From contig NW_002060943.1 of the NCBI RefSeq assembly GCF_000150275.1, positions 8,893,070 through 8,957,069 of the forward strand: a DNA stretch of 64,000 bases, given 5' to 3'. Source of the stretch: Trichoplax adhaerens (lineage: Eukaryota > Animalia > Placozoa). The notes beneath the pieces are model-generated. The model was not told the DNA's origin. It saw only the letters and a list, made by a program, of their open reading frames with translations, and ran no database searches. A program made the position numbers and the translations under genes. Of the stretch, positions 14,501 to 26,045 are shown one piece after another (position 1 is the first letter of the stretch; every line of letters starts with the position of its first letter).

Positions 14501-17500
14501 AAGATTAGGTCGTTGATCATAATTACTCGTCCTACCCAAACGATACTATGTACCATTGCTTCAATGGTATCAGTACATTGATTTTCTACTGCTAGATCAG
14601 TGGCTGTCTTATTATCCTAATAAATTTTAAGGTCGAATAGAATACTGTTAACTTTTTCAATCCATTTACTTTCGAGCTATATTTATAGCACTAGCGTACA
14701 ATGTAATGCCTATTGTAAGATAGCTTGGTAAGTTAATTGCCTGAATAGTTCTATATTGTTCAATGCTAGCATTATAATTAGTAATTTCTATCAGTAAAGA
14801 AGACATTTATTAGCGTAGTAAAATGAATATAAAAATATTTAGTATTTAAATTAATATGCTTTAAGTTAAGGAATGCAGAAATGAAAAGCTCTTTCAAATA
14901 CTAGCTGCATCATAATTCAATTTGGCATTTATAGTCATAAATAAGATTAGAACGATCAAATGAGCAATTACTGGGTATCATTAATTAAGAGGATTTATTC
15001 TAATTTTCTTTCAGTATCATAGTAGATAATTTATACCAATACGTATTAGAGATATTACTAAAAGAGATACTTTCATTATATTCTAAAAAACTTGAATATT
15101 AGTAAGGAATCATACCGGTATTTCTTTACTTACAGAATTCCTTATATTAACGCCTCCGCCATTGCGTAGTAAGATTTTAACGCAAGCTGTTTTACCATTG
15201 CTAGCAGCTAAATGAAGTGCTGTACAGCCATCCTATTTTAAATTCATAAAAATATCTAATGCTAGTTGTAAAATGTATTTGGTTTCTTTAATGTTAGCAA
15301 CGCAATTTGATCACTCGAAAAAAATCAGTGTGATTGGTTATTGAAATCTTGGTTTAAGAACTACTGTTATAATTACTTTAAAATATAAATTTTGGATCGA
15401 TTCATGATATTTCTTGTAATGTGTTATTTCTTATCATGAGAAAAACCCTCGATCCTTATATGAGTACCGTACATGCAGTACTTACCGAATTTTGATAATT
15501 TACTTCCACATTTTGTTCGATTAACCATTTTAATGTTGTTGGTTTACCATTCTTGGCCGCGAAATGTAAGGGTACTGATTTCGTCTAGCATTACGAGTAG
15601 AGAAAGAATAAGATAGCGTTGAGTTAGAAAGGATCGAGATTTATAGTATATTCATAATACTCAATTTCAGATTTATAGTACGTTACTTAACAAAATTGAG
15701 CGAGTGCAAAATTGAACTCGCCTGTGACTATAAAAACGTATATTAGTGATTGCTACTTCTTCATATTCACTTTTAAATTATTCATTAATTACATTGTGAC
15801 CCTCAAATATGTTCAATAAAACACATGTTACGTTTATGCCATTGGTAATTAAACAAGCATTTTAAGTTCATACAGATGCAAGTTTTATCTAATAAAATTA
15901 CGAGCAGTAATAGATTGAAAAACATGTACTGCTATTGAACTATCAAGATCTGGATTAGTAAGTTCCTTTAGAACAGGTTTCTGAGACATAAATAGTTTGA
16001 TTTATAAGATTTTACTTACATTATCCATGGCCATTAGGTTCCCTTTATTAGCGAATAATACTTTTAAAATTTCTATACAACCAAATCCTGCTGCATGATG
16101 TACGGGTGTAGCCTCCCATTTCTATTAAATGAAAGAAAATATATTCCATGCCTAAAACTTTCGTAAGCTACTGAAACTTTTCATTCTTGAAAATATCATT
16201 CTTTCATGCTAATGCCCTTTATAAATCATTAAAATTAGCCAAGCAAGCCCTTCTTACATCGGTGGCATTTGGATTCGCTCCATAATTTAGTAAAGTCATG
16301 ACAACTCCCAGATCTTTATATTCCACAGCTTTATGCAAGGCTGTTCGATCAAATTGTATCTATAACGATCATATAGCCATGATCAAGTAGGTAACATATA
16401 CAGTAATCAGTCAACAAGCAAATTAATTTCATAACCTACTTCGCAGTTATCTATATATGTTTAGCAAGTGTAAGCTACAAGTGTCGTTTCCGTTTTGAAA
16501 TAAATTTTTTAACAATCATCTACCTTATCTTCCATATCGATATCTTTCGCATGACCAGCTAAAAATTTTTCTTCTCTCAATTTTGCTGCTTTATAAATAA
16601 TATCGGTAGATACCTATACATATTCAGAGCATGGTATTAGTGTGTTACATTAGCTGATAGAAGGGCGATAATCGATAATTAAGAAGATAAGAATCCTACA
16701 GTTTGTTTATTTCGAATGCCTGTAAGGGATAATGTACTTGCTCGTCTGGGCTAAAAATTAAATCATAACTTAATATAAGTAGCTATTAGTTTACTCATAC
16801 GATATCTTCCATCAAGTTGGAATGTATTAAGCAGAGTCCATGGCATAAAGTAATTATTTCCAGATAATTTAACCTAATTAAATCTTTTTACTACGCCAAT
16901 CTGACAAACCTCAAATCATTAGGAAGCTAGAAGCGTAGCAATGCAAAATTTATTGCTTCGGTACATTTTTTAGAAAACGCTAAGCATTGATTCTATTCAT
17001 ACTAAGTGAAACTGATTGACTGACATACGTAACAATATGATTTTACAGTAAATTTTCTTGTTTTAACAGCATATACGTAAGACAACCGTAACTTGCTATT
17101 AGAACTTTGCTACCTTGTTATTAGCTGTTGTGGCAACATTGATACCCTTGAAAAGATTGACAACATTATCGTGACCTTTCATGTTGGCAAGATCTTCAGC
17201 CGTTTTGTTATCCTAATAGCAGAATTATAGATCATATTAATTGTTACCATCGCTTATTTGTGAAAAAGCTTTTGATCGTTTTATTAGTTTTAGGATAGAG
17301 ATAGCTCTTGTTAATCTTTAAACTACTAAAAGAAATTATTAAGCTTTCCTTTATTCATTGTAAAAGCATATCAGGACAGCAGGATGGGCTTTTACAACTA
17401 ATGAAGCATTATCTTTACTAGATTTCTACACTAAAAGATGAGATAGACGAGTTGTGATGTCTTAAATGAAATGTTACGATTCATAAATTTCTGAATTGGT

Positions 17501-19456
17501 AATCATAATGAATGATTTCGAAAAAGTAGTCCATTTTATAGAATTTTGTGAAAATCTATAAGTCATATTTACGCCTTTGTACCGTCCTTGAATCGAATTA
17601 TATTAGAATTTAGCACGTCTAACAAATACCTTATTGAATACATCTGATGATGCTTTACTCTCCAGTAGCATCCTGACGCAAGTAAAGTTTCCATAAAGTG
17701 CTGCTAGATGTAGAGGTGTATTTCCATCCTAATATGTGTACAATTACTAGATCTGGTTATACAGGTATCCGTTATAAGGAACATTATATTTCATAGTGCA
17801 AATAGTAACAACTGACATAAATTGTAAAATATTTAAATTTGAGTTGAAAATGATGTTCTTCGGAAATAGATAAACAGCAACTAAATTGATTAATATGGAA
17901 GGTTGCGATTAACTTACTTCTCTCTTGCAATTTAAATTAAGACGGCGTTGAATTAGCCAGAGCAAAATGTCAGAACGATCGTATTTTGCAGCAAAATGCA
18001 AAGGAGTTCCAGCTTGCTATCAGATTTGGAATTAACAGGTTACAAATATATTTCGAGCAATTGCGTAATAAGCGTTGAAGTTTTGATAATCTATTATCAA
18101 TTGTAATTACTTTATCTGTCGCTTCTAATTCTCCTTTTCTAGTATGTAAAACTTGTAAAATTTCTAAGTAACCTTCTTTAACAGCATAATGGCAAGGTGT
18201 TAAACCCCATTTCTATGTCAGAAATATTGTACAGCGAAAACAATGTATTAGTAAGTGCTTAAAATTTAAAAGATAGATTATTTCGTCAGATTTTAACTAT
18301 CTTAAAACATAAAAGAGTATATTGACATATATATATATACTTTCTCATTTATGCATACATCCTTAACTACGAATATAATGCTGTTCTGATTATCGCTAAG
18401 GCAAACACTTTTGGAAAAATTAATTGATTATTCGTAAGTATATTTCAGCTATCAACTCCAGTATATCATATTGCATGCAAAGATATTGAGCACAGTTGCC
18501 AAAGAGTCCGCTGGATCTATGATCATTTGAAATTTCATTTTAAATAAATTTTTATCAGCTATTCATACAGTTATCCTGAAGTAATTTAACTGAATTTTTA
18601 TGAAGCAAGAAATGGAGTATACTGTAAATGTAAATCTTTCAGCTAGTTTATAACCATTGCTGTAAGATTCAGAAAATCGTTATCGAAATGGGGTATTGAT
18701 TGAAATGCATTTATTAGTTAGTACTGTATTTATGGCTAAAAATAATCTATGGCATCATCATGGCGTAAAATATCTTTTAAAATAAGAAATGTAGCATACT
18801 GTAAATGTAAATCTTTCAGCTAGTCTATAACCATTACTGTAAGATTAATGAAATCGTTATCGAAATGAGTCTTGATTAAAATGAATCTATTTGTTAGTAC
18901 TAATTATGGCCAAAAATAATCTATGGTATCATCATAGCGCTAAATATCTTTCAAGTTAAATTTGCCTATTAATTAATGCCATTTCTACTAGTAAAGTCGT
19001 CACTTACATCGCCAATATTTGGATCAGACCCATTTAATAGTAACAGTACTGCAGCCTCAAGATCTCCTTCTTGGACTGCCTTATGTAAGGCGGTAGATGA
19101 TAAATTATCCTGGAATTTATAATGCATACCAAGACATATAAAATTACACTTTGTTAGATTATCTGATGTGTCTGTTTCAGGCAAGCATAATGGCTTACAG
19201 ACTTACATCGGTTAAATTGATATCGGTATGAATGATTAAATTTTCTAACGTTTCCTCATTGTAGCTTTTGGCAGCATTTAAAATATCTTGCATCGTATAC
19301 TGCAGATGAGTAGATAAAGATTATTAAAAATAAAATTGGACTAATTAGTGATTGCACTTAAATACATTATCCGAAGTATTCGATAATTATTTGACTGATA
19401 GAAATCAAACTCACAGCGGAAGAGGAACCATTCTTTGCATCCGCTTTTTCTTCCAT
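8576..19456 (-). CDS. Ankyrin-repeat / ZU5 / UPA-like / death-domain protein, 27 exons, about 1120 aa
   Basis: Phase-consistent exons: 19415-19456 (MEEKADAKNGSSSA), 19207-19299, 19008-19109, 18111-18212, 17918-18016, 17630-17728, 17114-17212, 16700-16750, 16524-16613, 16258-16359, 16020-16121, 15486-15584, 15134-15232, 14554(or 14536)-14616, 14272-14427, 13855-13953, 13605-13706, 13386-13487, 12565-12666, 12243-12341, 11793-11876, 11445-11487, 11016-11043, 10837-10910, 9782-10704, 9191-9236, 8576-8835. The 99/102-nt phase-0 exons each encode one ANK repeat (TPLHxAA). The large exon has ZU5 hallmarks (GGYVTL..HIP..ATPVVMFRP..F..VTVTLP). The last exon is a death domain (IGNKWTELAKRLGLS..MLNQWL..L.ECG.HDIA). 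Confidence 0.9.
18607..18952. repeat. Intronic tandem duplication, 2 x about 177 bp, diverged
   Basis: aagaaatg..atactgtaaatgtaaatctttcagctagt..aaaaataatctatgg..aatatcttt occurs at about 18607 and about 18784. Confidence 0.9.
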
Positions 19457-21340
19457 GTCGTCTTGAAACTACGAGAGCAAGGTTAACTCCAAATAACATC
19501 TAGCAATCATTAATTCTGACGAGAAGGTAGAAAACTTAAAATTAATGCGAAAGCACTCTAACTCTTTCTTAATCGCACAGGTATTAGCGAAGAAGAAATT
19601 GGACTACATCTTTTGTCCAATAGATCAAATGCATTTCAGAGCAAACCTTGCTGCAAATTTTAAATAAGTATATTCTACTGTGTATATACACGTATATGGT
19701 CATTTAAATAAAAGACTGTGTAGCTTTTAAATCATTTATATATACTGCAAATCTTGTACAGTCGCCACAATATATTAAATTCAAAGGTTTTATATCATGA
19801 TAAGTATCCATTCTGATCGTATTTTGTGACAGCACTACGTTCGTCGAACGGGTATACTTGCACGTTATTAATTCTATATTTGCCGAATTCATACAAAAGT
19901 TTTACGAACTAGCTCTGATGATGGCAGTTACAGTGTTTGCTCGAGAATTTTCTACGATTTTAAAATCTAGCCGGTAGATTACTTACTAAGCTGATGATAA
20001 TTAATTTATGACATCTGTTATTGTAAAAGGCTATTGCATCAATTTGGCTTGTAATTTATCTTGACGATACATTAATTGTCGAATGCAATAAATAAGCATT
20101 TATATAGATATTTGGACAATAAAAATTTATCATGAAATCAAATATTCGATTCGCATGTTAAACTACTTATTGAATTGAATCTGCAAATTAAAGTTCTCAA
20201 TATGATAAGACTACAGTAAAATTTACTAATAAGGAAACTGAAATTGCATTTATGTAACCACGCTTTAAATTATTACCTTCTATGCTAATGATGCTACCAT
20301 TGCAATTCTGTGAGAAAATTTTACCTTCGGTGAATGATATCTTCACCCAGAGTATGACATCAAGTTCTGTAACTCTAAGGTTAAAAATTTCTATTTTTCG
20401 TAAGAGATACTTATGTAAAGATATCCTTTCTTTTAAGTGAAAGTGGTGATAAGAATTTTTGACATCAAGGCTAAAATGATGTATTAATATATATACCGGT
20501 GATTGATGAGTTACTCAGTAAAATTTGATTGAGATGAAGAGATACAGCACCGTATTGTTTTTTCAATCTAAAATATGCATTAACATAAAATAGGCGATGC
20601 AAGTCATATTTTTAAGTGAATCTGATTTATTAAGTACCGCGTTGGTGTCTGTATAGACAAACCTATATGAAGACCATATGGTGAAGAAATTGAGTGAATG
20701 CCTTCATCAGTAACCATATTAATAAACAAAGTAGAAGAATTAATTACAAACTCTATAGCATAATGTCTATTACTCATGGACTCTGTTAGGCCACACCTTG
20801 CAGCCTAAATGCGTCATAAACGATGTCATCTTAGTTTCCAATCCCCGATGTAAATCGGATGAGCAATTAAGCATTGAATTATTACGCCATCTTTCGTAAG
20901 TTACCTTGATAATAGCTATGCTTTTACGAATCGTGAATTGCTATAACATACAGACTTTTACTGGTGGCTTTATTTTGAGGAAATAGTAATATACAGCTTT
21001 TATACTACATTGCTACGAATAACTACTAATTGAGCTGTAAGTAGATATCTTTATGATCTAGTCTAATCCAGACCTTGGTCTGCAGATTAAAATTTAAAAT
21101 CGGATCTAGACCACTGTATATATCTAGAAAATTTTAGCCATATTCTAGGTAATTTTTACATTCCCCTGAAAATTTTTCTAACATCGAATATCCTAAAATT
21201 TCGTTCGTGATTAGGGTTTCATTTTCTATTAATACCACAATAGCTACGGTATAGGCCATTAAATGAAACAAATGAAATGGTGTATATTGTATAATAGTTC
21301 ACTATGGTACAATTACGATTACGCTATTTACCTTAGCTCC

Positions 21341-24300
21341 ATGGCATGCTTTCTGTGGACATTGGTTGTTGTATTATTAGTCGCTATAATCCCTAGATAC
21401 ACTGCATTAGGAAAATAACTGTTTTACTAAGAGCATAAGACTGACATGATTATATTACGTAATGCTGTATTCGATATCCATTATGTTTCTAGATCTTATA
21501 TGCGTTCAACTTCAGAAGCTACAATACATTCAATATAGAAAGATCTATTTCAAGGCTCATGAATGCTTTAAATCGAATCATAAATTTTGGTAGAAAGCTT
21601 TAATCACTACCCTGTACACGAGTAGTATACAAACACTATGGAAAGGTTAGCTGGTGCGCTCATTTCTATGTCATTGCAATATCAGTTGTAGGCGTATGAA
21701 CTTTTTCGTCGATGTGTTTAAGTGTTATAAGAATGACATCGTGTTTGTTAGCTTGTACTATAAATTAAAGTATCTTGCCTAAAAAGGTATGTTTAACACC
21801 GTGAAAGACTTTAGCACCCGAGCATTTTTTTTTTCAAGGAAATATGTTGTACACTTCGTTTGTTAGGTGCGTATTATAATAGTTCCTATTCTGTTATTGT
21901 ATAATGGGAGATTTTATGTCACTACATCGAATTAGTAGATACGTATTATTAATTAAAATTAATACCTGTAGTAATTGTACGTGCAATTGCTTAGTCTGTT
22001 AATAAAAGTAGGTTTTGATCGCAATTACAGTATGCAAAAATGACCAAATGTGTTCTGTCATGTATAAAAGCAAGTCATTGAGACTTAATTATGTCATCTT
22101 GTCTTTCAAAAACTAAGTGTTCTTCTTGCTCATCACGTTTGCTTAATTTCAATAAACAATACAGCATATTCTTAAATCTAGCTAAAAATGCTGAAAACCT
22201 TAGGATTCCTTAATTAATGAGTATTATTCAGTAAGTAGCTTTTCCTGATGGCACTAGCGACATCCGATTAAGTATTACCGGTATTTTGAAATATTTGAAC
22301 TAAGTATTATTGCTTCTGTATACCTCAGTGCTGTAGTCGAGAATCGGCCAAGATTTACTATATTGTAAATGGGAAAACGCAGTTGCGATGGTAGTTATTA
22401 CAACTTGCATTTGCAATCTCTTGATTAATACAAACATGTGATCATTGTCATTTGAAAATGTGAGCTAATATCTTTTCCTAGTTGCCTATAATCGTCAAAA
22501 TTGACTACTTCTTGCAGCAAATAGTAGAGTAGTGATACGGTACTTAAAAAAAATGTTACAGGAGCATCACTATCTTAGAGTTGTAAAATATTTCTTGCTC
22601 GGGATTTTACTTAATGCAAAATGGTTTTGACATTTAAAGTACTATTCACGCTATATTCAGGTCATGCTGGTAGTTGCTTTTAATATTAGTAATTTCGCTA
22701 TTACCAATGTCGCCTTATAATCCACTTAAAATTGAATGCAATAATTCTTAAAATATTCAAGTGCAAACTTAATAGAATAACGCTATTATCCGCTTTTAGT
22801 AATCAATATTTATTTCAAACGTATTTTATTCTTTCCATTAGTAACGACGCAGTTGACCTATCTATGAAGCAATCTGAAATTCATAAAGTAAAAGAATTAC
22901 TGGTTTAAAGGTCTTTGACAGGAGTGTTTAAGGGCTATCTGCAACAGATTGAGCAACGATAAATTAGTTTTGATTCTGCTGATAGGATAATTATAAAGTG
23001 TGATATGATGGTCTTACGTTCGGGTTTTATCTTATTAATAAAGCTACTTTCAGATCGAATTATTAGCTGTACTGTAAAATTAATCTACATTTTCTCAAAT
23101 TAACTTCAGCAGCTGCTATTTATTAAATAAAAATACCAGGAAATTGCTAAATTTGAATTTATAAATATTTTAACATGTAACAAATTAAACGAATTGAAAC
23201 ATTGTTCTATTTGAATTTTTTTCGGCACGATGTTAATTTTTAAACAGCTTTAATAAATATGATTCGTTAATCAATTGAGGCATTGTATAAAAATCTCTCA
23301 GGGATCACTGTTTCGTACCAGGTACCATATTGGTACGGTATCGGGATTTGATCAAAAAGGTAAATAACTCGGATTAAAATTAATATAATAGCCAATATCT
23401 AGTCCTTCCAAGATTATTGCAATTGCATTGGTCTATTTATCTTAACTTACATAACATATTTAAAGTTTCCATTCTTTAATAACTTTCTATTTGATTATAA
23501 TATACTTCTCAATCTCGCACTTATCTAGTCTTTCCGAATGTGACTTTATAATTACATCGTCTCAACTCGCATAGTATGTATGATAAAGTGTCTTCTCAAA
23601 AATACAACAAGAAATACAGTTTCTTGTAAACTTCACTTTATTACATAAGATTAGGTTCATTTGGCAACTATCAAGGACTATTTAACTGCAATCAGACTAT
23701 CTCTACAATCTTGGATCGTAATCAAAGCTATATTTGGGGCAGCAGTATTATGTTAAAAAGCCTTTCATTTTTTTTACAGGCTTAAATTGTATTACCCTAT
23801 GATGATAATGTGTACAATTTTATAAGATTTTCTAAATATACTAGGAAATTGACTGGATAGAACTTTATTTAATTATTATGAATAGTACTATCTGTTATTA
23901 GCTTGATAGGATTGGATTGATGTATTCGATATTACCATCATCACTATATTTTCTATTCGAAACTATTTAGTCTGGCAGGTGTATTTTGCAATACTATAGT
24001 AATTATTGTTGATTACTCTGTGACGGCTCCAGCAATTTCGTTTGAAATTGAAAATTTAATTGTAGAATGGGTGTAGACGAGCTTATATCAATAAATAAGA
24101 ACAAAAAATTTCCTAAGCATTGATTGTATATAGCACAGATATTTGATGTCATCCGGATTATGGTTGTCAGCAGTTGAATAAACTTTTATCCAATCAGTCA
24201 TTTAAAATTCTGAAAATCTAAGCTTGATCTGAATTACAGCTTTTGATAAATAAAATGAGTTATTAGGTATTGCTGTCTGTTATGATTATGTTGAACTTTT

Positions 24301-25020
24301 CACCTGTTATTACAATGTCAACGAGAGCAAGATAGTAAACAATGTACTGTATATCTATTGCAGTAAATTTCGTATATTATTAAGAAAGTCAATTTTTTTG
24401 CCAACCAGCTCAAACCAACTATTCTAAAATACTAAAAATAATAATAATTAATTAATTAATCAATGTTAATTATTCTTGCGCTTTACATCAAGTCTCAGAT
24501 ACACATGTAGCTACAATAATGTAATTTAAATACTGTACGAAAATAGCTTTGCTATTTACTGAGGTGAATGAAATAGAATCGAATTGATGGCATTGGATAA
24601 AAAAATATTTATCTACTACAAATAATAAAAATATATTGAATCTATGAATATAATTATTTAAAGAGATAGTCATTAGCTACCAACGATAAAGGTCGCACCA
24701 AGGTATGCCTCATTTACTGTTGTTTCATTAGAAGGTAATAAATTATTAAAGCGAATCATTTTGACTGTTACTATCTTTGCTATGGAGAATTTCTTTACGT
24801 TCTAGTTGCAATGATATCCTTCTAGCTATCATCTCGACCTCCAATTTTGCACCACAATAGTTGCTGATCAATCTATAATGATAGTTACGAAATGATTCAA
24901 TATTCGTACTGATCCGGAAAAGCGCTGTGATTTGTATTCTAGCGCTAGTCATTTTGCTATCCAATGTATTGGCGTTATGAAAGCGATGATGATGGCGTCG
25001 TCGTATCGAATAGTCGCCGT
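21341..25020 (+). pseudogene. Probable decayed gene for a single-pass membrane protein with several three-finger (LU / TGF-beta receptor ectodomain-like) repeats
   Basis: Signal peptide MACFLWTLVVVLLVAIIPRYTAL (21341-21410). AG-flanked Cys-motif segments: DLICVQL..HECFKSNHKF (21493-21589), CRRMNFFVDVFKCYKN (from 21686), CKNDQMCSVMYK (from 22033), DHCFVPGTILVRYRDLIKK (23302-23359), GSFGNYQGLFNCNQT..SYIW (from 23655), GIAVCYDYVELFTCYYN..LYIYC (from 24267). TM segment SAVICILALVILLSNVLAL followed by *KR**WRRR (24921-25010). Stops, frameshifts and lost Cys indicate decay. Confidence 0.5.
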
Positions 25021-25418
25021 AAGCTATTATTGCATTGATTCAATATAATATACTGTACTGCATACTGTATATCGATGAGAACAAACAAACAAATCAATCA
25101 TTCACATTTACAGGTACACGAGCGAGCAAGAAACACTAATAAAATCTCTTTTTCCCTCGAACAAGCCCTAGCAGTGACTACCTCTGGGACATTTTATTCT
25201 ATGGATTGCATTGGCTTCAATGTCGTTTCCTACGAATGCATAATCAATATCGATCGGTTAACCGCTCAACGCTGGTTGCTTGCACAGCTGGCATCATTTT
25301 AACGCCTATGCCCAAACTGCCGTCTAACTATAACACTGGTACAGAAGATAGTTTTACTATCTATAATGAGTGCACTAATGGGCTACAACAGTTTTTGCAA
25401 GTCGATTATAACAAAGAG

Positions 25419-26045
25419 AAAATGAAAGTAATAACCAGTGTTGAAAACACTGAATTAACTAGTGTTGACTGTAATATGAACAATCGCATACGTAAAGTAT
25501 TTGCTAACCGTAAACGCCATTGCGTGTACAGAGCGGGTGGAAAGTTTAGGCCATGTCTAGTTAGCAAGCAATGCAAAATGAAAGTATTAACCAGTGTTGA
25601 AAGCAATGGAATTAACTAGTGTTGACCGTAGTATGAACGGTGGTATACGTAAAGTATTTGCTAACCGTAAACGCCATTGCGTGTACAGAGCGGGTGGAAA
25701 GTTTAGGCCATGTCTAGTTAGCAAGCAATGCAAAATGAAAGTATTAACCAGTGTTGAAAGCACTGGAATTAACTAGTGTTGACTGTAGTATGAACAATCG
25801 TATAAGTAAAGTATTTGCTAACCGTAAACGCCATTGCGTGTACAGAGCGGGTGGAAAGTTTAGGCCATGTCTAGTTAGCAAGCAATGCAAAATGAAAGTA
25901 TTAACCAGTGCTGAAAGCACTGGAATTAACTAGTGTTGACTGTAGTATGAACGGTGGTATACGTAAAGTATTTGCTAACCGTAAACGCCATTGCATGTAC
26001 AGAGCGGGTGTAAAGTCTAGGCCATATCTAGTTAGCAACCAATGC
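25419..26045. repeat. Tandem satellite, 4 copies of a 157-bp unit (first copy 156 bp)
   Basis: Units start at 25419, 25575, 25732 and 25889 (aaaatgaaagtattaaccagtg..gttagcaagcaatgc) and are nearly identical. The repeated ORFs 25594 and 25751 are 157 bp apart. Confidence 0.97.

Noticed and set aside
8576-19456. Calling the gene a true ankyrin (ANK1/2/3) ortholog
   Set aside because: Repeats form three separate capped blocks, only one ZU5 is apparent, and similarity to ankyrin's spectrin-binding domain is not evident.
25113-25302. TTSG in ORF 25075-25302 as a type I receptor GS box following the cryptic TM exon
   Set aside because: Only four residues match. There is no SGSGLP and no kinase motifs (GxGxxG, HRD, DFG) downstream.
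25206-25933. ORFs with repeated RKVFANRKRHCVYRAGGKFRPCLVSKQCK
   Set aside because: These are translations of the 157-bp satellite. The period is not a multiple of 3, so the frame shifts with every unit.
25419-26045. CRISPR-like array
   Set aside because: Whole units are repeated with no unique spacers; eukaryotic context and no cas genes.
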